Origin: an uncultured Thermoleophilia bacterium
Lineage (GTDB): Bacteria > Actinomycetota > Thermoleophilia > Miltoncostaeales > Miltoncostaeaceae
Direction: 5' to 3'
Length of the DNA stretch: 64,000 nt
NCBI GenBank assembly: GCA_963770865.1
Contig: CAVYRD010000002.1
Location: forward strand, 79,030 to 143,029
The notes under the pieces are model-generated. The model made no database searches and was not told the origin of the DNA. It saw only the letters and a program-made list of their open reading frames with translations. The position numbers were made by a program, and so were the translations under genes. Positions 9,335-19,262 of the stretch are shown here, one piece after another; within the stretch, counting starts at the first letter, position 1, and the number at the start of each line of letters is the position of its first letter.

Positions 9335-9769
9335 CTAGGCCGGTCGCGGCGCGGGATCTTCTCGAAAAGTCCGGTGTCGCGGGCGGCCGTGGGCGCGGAC
9401 GATGCAGGCGGGCACCCGCGCCAGGTCGGCGGCCGGCGGGAAGGCCGCGCGGTAGGCGCGCGGGGACATGCCGTAGGTCCGCGTGAAGCTCGTCGTGAAC
9501 GAGCCGAGGCTGCTCAGGCCGACGGCCAGGCAGATGTCGGTGACCGACCGGTCGGTGGTGCGCAGCAGGGCCGCGGCGCGCTCGAGGCGGCGGGTGAGCA
9601 GGTAGGCGTGCGGCGTCTCGCCGAACGCCCGGCGGAACTCGGCGATGAAGTGGGCCCGCGAGAGGCCGGCGGCGCGCGCGAGGGCGTCGACGTCGAGCGG
9701 CTCGGCGTAGCGGCGGTCGGCGAGGTCGCGTGCGCGCAGCAGGTGGCGGGCGGTGGGGACGACGGCCAT
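9335..9769 (-). CDS. Short AraC-family transcriptional regulator
   Basis: LARAAGLSRAHF...FGETP...SVTDICLAVGLSSLGSFTTSF. Confidence 0.9.
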   Translation of the reverse strand: MAVVPTARHLLRARDLADRRYAEPLDVDALARAAGLSRAHFIAEFRRAFGETPHAYLLTRRLERAAALLRTTDRSVTDICLAVGLSSLGSFTTSFTRTYGMSPRAYRAAFPPAADLARVPACIVRAHGRPRHRTFREDPAPRPA

Positions 9770-9829
9770 GCGGGGATCATCGCGCCTCGCGCGGCGCCGG
9801 ACCAACCGGGCGAGGCGTAACGTGCCCGC

Positions 9830-12553
9830 ATGACGACGGTGGACGTCGAGCTGCGCGACGGATCGACGGTGCGGGTGCGCCCGGTGAGGCCGGACGACCT
9901 GCAGGCACTGACCGCGCTCCTGCGCGACCTGTCCCCCGACGCACGGCGCTACCGCTTCTTCGGGCAGGTCGACCTGGAGGGCGCCGCGCGCGCGATGGCC
10001 GTGGGCGGGGGCCCGGAGGACCACGCGCTCGTGGCGCTGACCGGCGTGCCGGAGCGGATCATCGGCCACGCCCAGTACCTGCGCGACCCGCGCTCGCGCG
10101 TGGCCGAGGTGGCCTTCACGGTGGCCGACGCGTTCCAGGGCCGCGGGCTCGGCACGCTGCTCCTGGCCCACCTCGCCGAGCACGCCCACGCGGCGGGGGT
10201 GGAGGAGCTCGACGCCGAGGTGATGGCCGACAACCGCCGCATGATCGACATGTTCCGCGGCAGCGGCTTCCCCGTCATCCTGCGCCGCGAGCACGGGACG
10301 GCCTTCGTGCGCTTCCCGGCGTCGCTCGGCCCGACGGCCACGGCGGCCTTCGAGGCGCGCCAGCGCACGGCCGCCGCGGCGATGGTGCGGCGCATCCTGG
10401 CCCCGGGGTCGGTGGCGGTGATCGGCGCCTCGCGCTCGCGCGGCACCGTGGGCGGCGAGGTGCTGCACCACCTGCGCGAGGGCGGCTACCCGGGCGTCAT
10501 CCACCCCGTCAACAGCGCGGCCGACGTGGTGCAGGGGATGCCTGCGCTGAGGCGCGTCGAGGACCTGCCCGAGGGCGTCGACCTGGCCGTCATCGCGGTG
10601 CCGGTGGCCGGCGTGCTGGACGCCGCGCGGGCCTGCGGCGCGCGGGGGGTGGGCGCGCTCGTCGTGCTCTCGGCCGGCTTCGCGGAGGTCGGCGAGGCCG
10701 GTGCGGCGATCCAGAGCGACCTGCTCGGGGTGTGCCGCGCCACGGGCATGCGCCTGGTCGGGCCGAACTGCCTCGGCGTGATCAGCACGTCGCCCGAGGC
10801 GCCGCTGAACGCCACCTTCGCGAGCGACATGCCGCCGCGGGGCACCATCGGAATGCTCTCCCAGAGCGGGGGGCTCGGCATCGCGCTGCTCGAGCAGGCG
10901 CGCGAGCTCGGCATCGGACTGTCGTCGTTCGTGTCCGTCGGCAACAAGGCCGACGTCTCGGGCAACGACCTGCTGCGCTACTGGGAGGACGACCCGGCCA
11001 CCCGGCTGGTGATGCTCTACCTCGAGTCGTTCGGCAACCCGCGCACCTTCGCCCGGGTGGCCCGGCGGCTGTCGCGATCCAAGCCCGTGGTGGCCGTCAA
11101 GAGCGGACGCGGCCGGGCGGGCGCGCGCGCCGCCAGCTCGCACACCGGGGCGCTCGTGTCCGGATCGGACGCGGCGGTTAACGCGCTCTTCCGCCAGTCC
11201 GGCGTGATCCGGGCGACCACGATGAGCGAGCAGTTCGCCGTGGCCAAGCTCCTGTCGGGCCAGCCGCTGCCCCCTGGGCGCCGGGTGGCGATCCTGACCA
11301 ACGTCGGAGGGCCGGCGATCCTCTGCGCCGACGCCTGCGAGGCCGGCGGCCTGGACGTGGTGGAGCTGCCGTCGGCCCTGCGCGAGCGGCTGCGCGCCGT
11401 CGCCGCGCCCGAGGCGTCGGTCGGCAACCCGGTTGACCTGCTCGCCGCCGCGAGCGCCGAGGAGTTCGGCCGGGCGCTCGAGGAGCTGGTGTCGGGCGAC
11501 GCCGTGGACGCCGTGATCGTGATCTACATCCAGCCGGGCCTCGGCAGTATGGGCGGGGAGGTGGCGGCCGAGGTGCGGGCCGTCGCGGAGCGCCTGCGGC
11601 CCCGCATCCCGGTCCTAGCGGTGCTCATGTCCGCCTCGGACCGGGAGGAGGCGCTCGCATCGGCCGGCCCGGGGGCGCCGCCGGTGTACGCCTACCCCGA
11701 GGAGGCGGCGCTGGCCCTCGCGCGCGTGTCGCGCTACGCCGAGTGGCGGTCGCACCCGCCCGGCATGGTGCCCGAGCTCCCCGGCACCCGGCCGGAGCAC
11801 GCCGCCACCCTGCTGTCGGCCGCCACCCTCGCGGGGTCGGAGTGGCTCACCGCGCAGGAGATCGCCGCGCTCTTCGCCTGCTACGGCCTGCCGCTCGTCG
11901 AGACGCGGCGGGCGGGCGACCCGGCCGAGGCCGGGGCCGCGGCGGGCGCGATCGGCGGCCCGGTGGCGCTGAAGGCGGTGGCGCCGGGCCTGGTCCACAA
12001 GTCGGACGTGGGCGCCGTGCGCCTCGGCCTGGAGGGGGAGGCGGCCGTGACCGCCGCCGCGCGGGCGATGTCGCAGAGCCTCGCGGACCTCGGCCATCGC
12101 GTGGAGGGGTTCCTGGTGCAGCCGATGGTCGCGGGCGGCGTGGAGATGCTCGTGGGCAGCAGCACCGACCCGCGGTTCGGCCCGGTCGTCGCCTGCGGGA
12201 TGGGCGGCACCGGGGCGGAGGTGCTCCGCGACGTCGCGGTGCGCCTGACGCCTCTCACCGACCTCGCCGCCCACATGATGCTCCGCGAGCTCCGGATGCT
12301 GCCGCTGCTCGAGGGCTACCGCGGCGCGCCCGCGTGCGACATCGGGGCGATCGAGGAGCTGGTGCTGCGCGTGGCGGCGATGGTCCATGCGCATCCGCAG
12401 ATCATGGAGCTCGACTGCAACCCGGTCTCGGTCACCCCGGAGCGGATCGTGATCCTGGACGCCCGCGTGCGCGTGGCCGCCGCCCCGGACCCGGTGCCCT
12501 GGCCCTCGCTCGGCGCCGCGCCACCGGTCGAGTGGGCGGCGGGCGCCTCGTGA
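9830..12553 (+). CDS. GNAT + NDP-forming acyl-CoA synthetase-like protein lysine acetyltransferase (Pat/Pka type)
   Basis: N-terminal GNAT (FQGRGLG), CoA-binding VAVIGAS/GPNCLG, SHTGAL, C-terminal ATP-grasp HKSDVGAV. Confidence 0.9.
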   Translation: MTTVDVELRDGSTVRVRPVRPDDLQALTALLRDLSPDARRYRFFGQVDLEGAARAMAVGGGPEDHALVALTGVPERIIGHAQYLRDPRSRVAEVAFTVADAFQGRGLGTLLLAHLAEHAHAAGVEELDAEVMADNRRMIDMFRGSGFPVILRREHGTAFVRFPASLGPTATAAFEARQRTAAAAMVRRILAPGSVAVIGASRSRGTVGGEVLHHLREGGYPGVIHPVNSAADVVQGMPALRRVEDLPEGVDLAVIAVPVAGVLDAARACGARGVGALVVLSAGFAEVGEAGAAIQSDLLGVCRATGMRLVGPNCLGVISTSPEAPLNATFASDMPPRGTIGMLSQSGGLGIALLEQARELGIGLSSFVSVGNKADVSGNDLLRYWEDDPATRLVMLYLESFGNPRTFARVARRLSRSKPVVAVKSGRGRAGARAASSHTGALVSGSDAAVNALFRQSGVIRATTMSEQFAVAKLLSGQPLPPGRRVAILTNVGGPAILCADACEAGGLDVVELPSALRERLRAVAAPEASVGNPVDLLAAASAEEFGRALEELVSGDAVDAVIVIYIQPGLGSMGGEVAAEVRAVAERLRPRIPVLAVLMSASDREEALASAGPGAPPVYAYPEEAALALARVSRYAEWRSHPPGMVPELPGTRPEHAATLLSAATLAGSEWLTAQEIAALFACYGLPLVETRRAGDPAEAGAAAGAIGGPVALKAVAPGLVHKSDVGAVRLGLEGEAAVTAAARAMSQSLADLGHRVEGFLVQPMVAGGVEMLVGSSTDPRFGPVVACGMGGTGAEVLRDVAVRLTPLTDLAAHMMLRELRMLPLLEGYRGAPACDIGAIEELVLRVAAMVHAHPQIMELDCNPVSVTPERIVILDARVRVAAAPDPVPWPSLGAAPPVEWAAGAS

Positions 12554-13560
12554 GCGCGCCCCTCTACCTCTCCCACCCCGCGAGCGCGGGGCACGACACC
12601 GGGCCGGGGCACCCCGAGCGCATCGCGCGCTTCACCGCGATCGAGGAGGAGCTCGCGCGGCGCGACTGGCTCGGCTGGGAGCGGCGCGAGGCGCCCGCCG
12701 CCACCGAGGCTCAGCTCACGGCGGTGCACACGGAGGCCCACGTCACCGCCGTGCGGCAGATGAGCGCGGCGGGCGGAGGGGCCTTCGACCCCGAGACGCC
12801 GGTGAGCGCCGGCTCGTGGGCCGCGGCGCTCCACGCGGCCGGCGGCGCCTGCGCGATGGCCGAGGCGCTGCTCGCCCATGAAGCGCCGGTCGCCTTCAGC
12901 GCGGCCCGCCCGCCCGGGCACCACGCGCGCGCGGCCGGCACGTCCGGCTTCTGCCTGCTGAACAGCGTCGCCGTCGCCGCGCGGCACGCCCTCGACGCCC
13001 TCGGCGCCGAGCGGGTGATGATCATCGACTGGGACGTCCACCACGGCGACGGCACCAACGAGATCTTCCGCCGCACCGACGCGGTGCTCTACGCGAGCAT
13101 CCACCAGGCCGGGATCTTCCCGGGCACCGGGCCGCTCCTCGACGTCGGCGCCGGCTCCGGCGAGGGGTTCTCGATCAACCTCCCCGTCCCCGCCGGCTCG
13201 GACGAGGACGCGTGGCTGTCGCTGCTGGAGTGGATCGTGGTGCCCGCCGGCGCCGAGTTCCAGCCCGACCTGATCCTGATCTCCGCCGGCTACGACGCCC
13301 ACCGCGACGACCCGCTGGCCGGCTGCATGCTGGAGACGGGGACCTTCGCCGAGATGGCCCGGCACGTCCGCGTGCTCGGAGAGGCCACCGGCGCCCCGGT
13401 CGGCGCGGTGTTGGAGGGCGGCTACGACCTGGCCGCCCTCGCCGGGTCGGTCGCCGCCACGATGGAGGGCCTCGCCGACGGAGCGGAGCCCCGCTCCGTC
13501 TCCCCGGACTTCGCCACCTCCCGCGCCGCCTCCCAGATCGGTCACTTCTGGGTCCTCTGA
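12550..13560 (+). CDS. Zn-dependent histone deacetylase family protein
   Basis: HPE, RPPGHH, GFCLLN, DWDVHHGDGT, SAGYDAH, LEGGY; GTGA overlap with the acetyltransferase. Confidence 0.93.
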   Translation: MSAPLYLSHPASAGHDTGPGHPERIARFTAIEEELARRDWLGWERREAPAATEAQLTAVHTEAHVTAVRQMSAAGGGAFDPETPVSAGSWAAALHAAGGACAMAEALLAHEAPVAFSAARPPGHHARAAGTSGFCLLNSVAVAARHALDALGAERVMIIDWDVHHGDGTNEIFRRTDAVLYASIHQAGIFPGTGPLLDVGAGSGEGFSINLPVPAGSDEDAWLSLLEWIVVPAGAEFQPDLILISAGYDAHRDDPLAGCMLETGTFAEMARHVRVLGEATGAPVGAVLEGGYDLAALAGSVAATMEGLADGAEPRSVSPDFATSRAASQIGHFWVL

Positions 13561-13640
13561 GGGGGCCTCGAGCCCGGTCGTCGGGTACCCCGAGGGGCAC
13601 GGGGCCGCGCTCCGCGGCTCCGGCGTCGCGAGGAGGGACC

Positions 13641-13925
13641 GTGCCCAGCGAACGACAGGTCGCCGCCGCCCGGCGGAACGTGAAGAAGGCCCAGAAGGCG
13701 GCCGCCGAGAAGCGCACGATCGCCCACCTGCCCGAGTCCACGCGCCGCGACCTGCAGCGCGAGGCGCGCAAGGGGCGCTCCCGGGCCGGGCAGGCCGGCC
13801 ACGCGCTCGAGGACCGCAACCGCGAGCAGCTCTACGAGGTCGCGCGCTGCCTGGAGATCCGCGGCCGCTCGCGGATGGACAAGTCGGAGCTCACCGCCGC
13901 GATCCGGAACGCGCGTGGGTCCTGA
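13641..13925 (+). CDS. Small basic protein with Rho N-terminal-like domain
   Basis: AGGAGG RBS; LYEVARCLEIRGRSRMDKSEL. Confidence 0.75.
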   Translation: MPSERQVAAARRNVKKAQKAAAEKRTIAHLPESTRRDLQREARKGRSRAGQAGHALEDRNREQLYEVARCLEIRGRSRMDKSELTAAIRNARGS

Positions 13926-14322
13926 GGCGCTCGGGCCGCTCGCGGACGACGAGCACGTCGCACGGCGCGCGGCGGGCCATGCGCTCGCCCGCGTGCCCGC
14001 CGACGACGATCACGTCCGCGTCCAGCCGGTGGGCCGCCGCGAGCGTCTCGCCGACGGTGCCGCCGCAGGCCGCGATCGGGCGGGCTGCGATGCCGCGACC
14101 GGCCAGCAGCCGCGAGGCCTCCGCGAGCAGCCGGGCCTGGCGCGCGCGCTCCTTGGTGGTGGGCGCGAGGCGTGCGCTTATGCCCGGCTCCGGCATGACG
14201 TTGAGGACGTCCACCAGGTCGTCAGGGCCGGCAAGGTCGGCGGCGCGATCGAGGGCGCGCCGCGCGTCGGCGGAGCCGTCGTACGGCACGAGCAGGTGGC
14301 GCGGATGGGCGATCCATGACAT
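13891..14322 (-). CDS. Universal stress protein
   Basis: LLVPYDGSADARRAL...ADVIVVG...APCDVLVV. Confidence 0.88.
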   Translation of the reverse strand: MSWIAHPRHLLVPYDGSADARRALDRAADLAGPDDLVDVLNVMPEPGISARLAPTTKERARQARLLAEASRLLAGRGIAARPIAACGGTVGETLAAAHRLDADVIVVGGHAGERMARRAPCDVLVVRERPERLRTHARSGSRR

Positions 14323-14344
14323 GACCCGAGCGTAGGACGACCGC

Positions 14345-14393
14345 CGTCAACGCTGCGTCCAGATGGCCGCGGCCGCCGTCAAGATTGCGTCAA
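14345..14393. promoter_or_regulatory. Tandem CGTCAA direct repeats at 11-bp spacing (OmpR/KdpE-type operator candidate)
   Basis: CGTCAA 14345, CGTCCA 14356, CGTCAA 14377, CGTCAA 14388. Confidence 0.5.
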
Positions 14394-14401
14394 AGGGTCC
14401 C

Positions 14402-14689
14402 TCAGAGGGGGATCTGCTCTCCCACCTGAACGGTCCGTTCGGGTGGGAGGCCGAAGTACTCGACCGGGCTCGCGGCGTTGCGGGCGACGGTGGCGAAGAG
14501 CTTCTTGCGCCAGCGGGCCTCGCCCGTCCTGCCCGTGGGCTGGATGGTGATGTGGGACAGGAAGTAGGTGGCGTGCGCGGGATCGACGTCGCACTCGAGG
14601 CCCTGGGCGCGGGCGAGGCGCAGCGCCTGGGGCACGGCGGGCCGGTCCTGGAAGCCGATCCTCGCCGTCACGTGGACGATCCCGTCCCG
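14402..14689 (-). pseudogene. kup: C-terminal remnant of Kup K+ transporter
   Basis: DGIVHVTARIGFQD...ATYFLS...WRKKLF...YFGLPPERTV; the TM domain is absent. Confidence 0.8.
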
Positions 14690-14938
14690 ATCGGCCTCGC
14701 GCTGATGGCGGCCGCCCTGGCGATCCTCGCCGGGCTGTCCGGCGACCCCTCGCGCGGCGCCGTGTCGGCCGCGCTCGCGCTCTTCGGCCTCGGCTTCGGC
14801 ATGGTCGGCCAGCTCCTGGTGACCACCGTGCAGAACGACGTCGAGCAGCGCGAGCTGGGCGTCGCGACGGCCATCGCCGGCTTCTTCCGCGCCCTGGGCG
14901 GCGCCCCGGCGGCCCAGGCCGCTGGGGGCGGGCGATGA
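14687..14938 (+). pseudogene. Internal remnant of a DHA2-type MFS transporter
   Basis: LFGLGFGMVGQLLVTTVQNDVEQRELGVAT...FFRALGG; no start, about 3 TM only. Confidence 0.72.
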
Positions 14939-15270
14939 GGGACTCCGGCGACCTCTACGGCTGGCTCGTGTTCCTGCACGTCCTGGCCGCGACGATCTGG
15001 ATCGGCGGCGTCGCGATGATCACGGCGCTCGGCCTGCGGGTCCTGCGCCTGCACGACGCCGCCTTCACCGCCCGCTTCCTGGACAGCCTGCGCGTGGTGG
15101 GCCCGGCGCTGATGGCGCCCGCGCCCATCGTCCTGCTGGGCCTCGGCATCGGGATGGTGGCCGACAGCCCGGCGTGGGGCTGGGATCAGGACTGGATCCG
15201 CATCGGGACCGGCCTGTTCGCGGCGGTCTTCCTGGTCGCCTGCCGGGATGCGGCCCTCCGTGGAAGGTAG
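14935..15270 (+). pseudogene. DUF2269-like membrane protein, probably 3'-truncated
   Basis: FLHVLAATIWIGG...WI; ends abruptly after the third TM. Confidence 0.5.
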
Positions 15271-15331
15271 GGGGCCGCGCTTTGGCCTCAGGGCCGAGGG
15301 CGCGCCGCGGGCGCCCGCCTACCGTCGGTGG

Positions 15332-16126
15332 ATGCCGTCGCTCACCCTGCCCGTCGCCCGCCCGGTCATCGGGATCTCCACGTCGGAGCTGCGCACGCCC
15401 GAGAGGGTGGTGCCGATGCCCGAGGGCGAGCCGGTGCGCCGGGAGATGGCGCTCGGGCTCGTCTACGTCAACGCGGTCTTCCAGGCCGGCGGGCTGCCGG
15501 TCATCCTCCCTCCCCTGACGCCCGGGTTCGCCGCCTCGCTGCTCGACGGCGTGGACGGCCTCTGCATCCCGGGCGGCCCGGACATCCACCCGGGCCTCTA
15601 CGGCGCAGAGGTCCACCCGATGCTCGGCCCCACCGAGCCCGAGCTCGACGCCTTCGAGCTGGCGCTGGTCACCGAGGCGCTCGCGCGGTACATGCCGGTG
15701 CTGGGCATCTGCCGGGGCGCCCAGATGATCAACGTGGCGGCCGGCGGGACGCTCCACCAGCACCTTCCGGCCTGCGTCGGGGGCGACCTGGCCCACCGCC
15801 AGGACGCCGACATGGCGCGGCCGACGCACCCCGTCGCGGTGGCGCCGGGCTCGCGGCTCGCCGGGGCGCTCGGGCGCGAGGCCGCCGAGGTCAACTCGCT
15901 CCACCACCAGGCGGTCAACCGCCTGGGCGAGGGGCTCGTGGCCGTGGCGTGGGCCCCCGACGGCGTGGTGGAGGCGGTCGAGGGCGCGGACGACGCGTTC
16001 CTGCTCGGCGTCCAGTGGCACGCGGAGGGGATGACCGACCGGGCCGAGGAGCGGCTGCTGCTGTCGGCGTTCGTCAACGCGGCCTCGCAGCGGGTGGCGT
16101 GCGGGGAGGCCCGGGCCGCGGCCTGA
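15332..16126 (+). CDS. Peptidase C26 / gamma-glutamyl-gamma-aminobutyrate hydrolase family
   Basis: PVIGI, PGGPDI, LGICRGAQ, NSLHHQ, VQWHAE. Confidence 0.9.
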   Translation: MPSLTLPVARPVIGISTSELRTPERVVPMPEGEPVRREMALGLVYVNAVFQAGGLPVILPPLTPGFAASLLDGVDGLCIPGGPDIHPGLYGAEVHPMLGPTEPELDAFELALVTEALARYMPVLGICRGAQMINVAAGGTLHQHLPACVGGDLAHRQDADMARPTHPVAVAPGSRLAGALGREAAEVNSLHHQAVNRLGEGLVAVAWAPDGVVEAVEGADDAFLLGVQWHAEGMTDRAEERLLLSAFVNAASQRVACGEARAAA

Positions 16127-16192
16127 CGAGGGCCCGGCGCGGGCGGGCCTGGCAGGCTCCCCGGGGACCGCCCTGCCCGGAGGGCGGCGACC

Positions 16193-17374
16193 GTGGGGGC
16201 ATGCGGCGTGGAGACGGCGACGAGCGACCTCCTCCTCCTGGAGGACCTGCTGTCCGACGAGGAGCGCGCGGTGCGCGACCGCGTGCGGCGCTTCTGCGAC
16301 GAGGAGGTGCGGCCGGTCATCAACGCGCACTGGGAGGCCGCCACCTTCCCGTTCGAGCTGCTGCCGAAGCTGGCGGAGCTCGGGGTCTGCGGGGGATCGT
16401 TCACCGGGCACGGGCTGCCCGGGCTCTCGCCGCTGGCGGCCGGGCTCGTGTCGATGGAGCTGGCGCGGGGCGACGGCAGCGTGAGCACGTTCCACGGCGT
16501 CCACTCCGGCCTGGCGATGACCGCGATCGCGATGCTCGGCTCGGAGGAGCAGAAGGCGCGCTGGCTGCCCGCCATGGCGCGGCTGGAGCTGATCGGGGCG
16601 TTCGCGCTCACCGAGCCCGACCACGGCTCCGACGCCGTGACGCTGGAGACGCGGGTGCGCCGCCTCGGCGACGGCTACGTGATCGACGGCGAGAAGCGCT
16701 GGATCGGCAACGCGGTGTTCGCCGACCTGATCGTCGTGTGGGCCCGCGACGGGCAGGGCAAGGTGGGCGCGTACGTGGTCGAGAAGGACACCCCGGGCTT
16801 CGAGGCGCGTCTGATCACGGGGAAGAAAGCCAAGCGGGCGTCGTGGCAAGCCGACGTGACGCTGACCGACGTCCGCGTGCCGGCCGGGAACCGGCTCGGG
16901 GGGGCGCGGTCGTTCGACGACGCCGCCGCCGTGCTCGCCCGGGCGCGGCCGGGGATCGCCTGGGGCGCGCTCGGCCACGCGGTCGCCGCCTACGAGGCGG
17001 CCGTCGACTACTGCACCGAGCGCGAGCAGTTCGGCAAGCCGATCGCCGGCTACCAGCTCACGCAGTTCCGCCTGGCCAAGATGCTCGCCGACGTCACCGC
17101 GATGCGGCTCATCTGCATGCGCCTGGCGTCGCTCATCGACGAGGGGCGGCTCACGCCTCCGATGGCGTCGCTCGCCAAGATGCACAACGCCGAGAAGGCG
17201 CTTTCGGTGGTGTCGCAGGCGCGCGACCTGCTGGGCGGCAACGGCATCCTGCTGGAGAACCACGTGGCCCGGCACCTGGGCGACGCGGAGGTGGTCTCGA
17301 CGGTGGAGGGGACCGACGTGGTGCACGCGCTCATCGTGGGCAGGGCGATCACCGGGCTGAGCGCGTTCACGTGA
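16193..17374 (+). CDS. Acyl-CoA dehydrogenase (glutaryl-CoA DH-like)
   Basis: FALTEPDHGSD, GEKRWIGN, REQFGKPI, LGGNG. Confidence 0.9.
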   Translation: MGACGVETATSDLLLLEDLLSDEERAVRDRVRRFCDEEVRPVINAHWEAATFPFELLPKLAELGVCGGSFTGHGLPGLSPLAAGLVSMELARGDGSVSTFHGVHSGLAMTAIAMLGSEEQKARWLPAMARLELIGAFALTEPDHGSDAVTLETRVRRLGDGYVIDGEKRWIGNAVFADLIVVWARDGQGKVGAYVVEKDTPGFEARLITGKKAKRASWQADVTLTDVRVPAGNRLGGARSFDDAAAVLARARPGIAWGALGHAVAAYEAAVDYCTEREQFGKPIAGYQLTQFRLAKMLADVTAMRLICMRLASLIDEGRLTPPMASLAKMHNAEKALSVVSQARDLLGGNGILLENHVARHLGDAEVVSTVEGTDVVHALIVGRAITGLSAFT

Positions 17375-17823
17375 GCGCGGCGGCGCACTACCGGCGGCCC
17401 GGGTGGTTCACGGAGAATGTCTTCAACCGGATCGTGGCCGGGCTGACGCGCGCCGGCGTGAGCGTGGCCGGGTCGCGGGTGCTCGAGGTCACGGGGCGCA
17501 GCTCGGGGCGGGCGCGCAGGACGCCGGTGAACCTCCTGACACACGACGGCGGGCGCTACCTCGTCGCGCCGCGCGGCCACACGCAGTGGGTGCGCAACCT
17601 GCGCGTCGCGGGGCGCGGGCGCCTGCTGGTGGGGCGAAGGGCGGAGGAGTTCGTCGCCGTCGAGCTCTCCGGCGACGAGAAGGTCAACGTGCTGCGGGCC
17701 TACCTGAAGCGGTGGAAGTGGGAGGTCGGGGCGTTCTTCTCAGGCGTCGGGCCGGACTCGCCCGACGAGGACCTCCGGCGGATCGCCCCGGACCATCCCG
17801 TCTTCCGGATCACGGCGGGCTGA
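17371..17823 (+). CDS. Deazaflavin (F420)-dependent nitroreductase family protein
   Basis: GRSSGRARRTP, WVRNLR, HPVFRI. Confidence 0.85.
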   Translation: MSAAAHYRRPGWFTENVFNRIVAGLTRAGVSVAGSRVLEVTGRSSGRARRTPVNLLTHDGGRYLVAPRGHTQWVRNLRVAGRGRLLVGRRAEEFVAVELSGDEKVNVLRAYLKRWKWEVGAFFSGVGPDSPDEDLRRIAPDHPVFRITAG

Positions 17824-17908
17824 GCCTCCGTAGTCCGCCGCCTCCGGCACCGGGGGCGGCCCGATGCCGGAGGCGAGGCTCGGAGCGGCACTTCCGGAGG
17901 AGGACGGG

Positions 17909-18816
17909 ATGGCGCTCCGCGCGATCACAGCCGCGACGTGCGGCCTCGTCGCCCTCGGGCTCGGCGTCGGGCTCGGGGTCGTCCCGCTTCTCGTCGAACG
18001 GCCCCGGCACCGTGCGGGTCGCCGCGACGATCGCCGCGCTCGCCGGCCTCGGCCTGATCGTCCTCGCGCTGCGCGACGCGCCGCGCGGCCGGGGGTGGTG
18101 GGCGGACGAACGCGCTCGGGTGGCGCGGCGCCGGCGACGTCGCGGCCGCGGCCCGCAGGCTGGGCCGGATGCCCGGCGTCAACCCCGGCCGCGTGGCGGC
18201 GCTCGGCCTCTCGATGGGCGCCGAGGAGGCGCTGCGGGCGGCGGCGGAGGGGGCTCCGCTCGCCGCCGTGGTGGCCGACGGCGCCGGGGCCTCCACCCTC
18301 GGCGACCAGCGGCAGGTGATCCACGGCCCCACCGCGCCGGTCGAGGTATCGGTGGCGTGGCTGGGCATGCGGGCCGTCGAGCTGCTCGGGGGCGGGCCGG
18401 AGCCGGCGCCGCTCACCGAGGTCGCGGGCCGCATCCGCGTCCCCGTGCTCCTGATCGCGTCGTCCGCGGACGGCGAGAGGACGCTGGACGAGGTCTTCCG
18501 CGGGCGCATCGGGGAGCGGGCGGCGCTCTGGTACGTGCCCGATGCGGGCCACACGGGCGCGCTCGAGGAGCGACCGGACGCCTACGCCGCCCGCGTGGCG
18601 GCCTTTCCTCGCCGCGGCGATGCCGGCCGCCCCGGCATCCGCCTCCGCGTCCTTCATCCCATCGGAGTGATGCGGCCGGCCCGCGGGTGGGCTCGAATGG
18701 GATCGTCGGCGTCCCGCCGGCGCGGTCGTCCTGCAACGGGAGGAGGCGCACATTGGGCCGAGCGCTGGAGCGGCGGACGAACCGCCTGCTGGACAGGATC
18801 GCCCGCGAGCCCCTGA
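17909..18816 (+). pseudogene. Membrane-anchored alpha/beta hydrolase, disrupted (+1 shift at ~17998, internal deletion at ~18100)
   Basis: N-terminal TM segments in two frames, then RTNALGW...GLSMG...DAGH in a third frame. Confidence 0.65.
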
Positions 18817-19262
18817 AGGGCGCATGGGCTGCGGTCGCCGGGGTCACGGTGGTCGTCACCGTCACCGCGGGCCTGCTCATGCGCCTCACCGATCCCGAGC
18901 ACTTCGGGACCGTGTGGTCCGGCCTCTGGTGGGCCATCCAGACGACGACGACCGTGGGCTACGGGGACTTGGTGCCCTCGTCGGCCGCGGGCCGCGCCAT
19001 CGCTGCGCTCGTGATGATCGCCGGCGTCGGCTTCATCACGGTCACCACCGCGGCGATCTCCTCGGTCTTCGTGGAGTCCTCCCGCAGGAGGAGGGAGGGC
19101 GCCGGCGCGCCGGCGCCCGTGCCCGAGCACCTCGGCGCGGCGCTCGAGGCCCAGGCCGCCCAGCTCGCCGCCCTGGGCCGCGAGGTCGGGTCGCTCGCCG
19201 AGGAGGTCCGCAGGCTGCGCGAGGCGACCTCACGCCCGGACGACGGGGGGCGGGGGCGTTGA
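18753..19262 (+). CDS. KcsA-like 2-TM potassium channel
   Basis: TTG after AGGAGG; WWAIQTTTTVGYGD selectivity filter; C-terminal coiled coil. Confidence 0.9.
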   Translation: MGRALERRTNRLLDRIAREPLKGAWAAVAGVTVVVTVTAGLLMRLTDPEHFGTVWSGLWWAIQTTTTVGYGDLVPSSAAGRAIAALVMIAGVGFITVTTAAISSVFVESSRRRREGAGAPAPVPEHLGAALEAQAAQLAALGREVGSLAEEVRRLREATSRPDDGGRGR

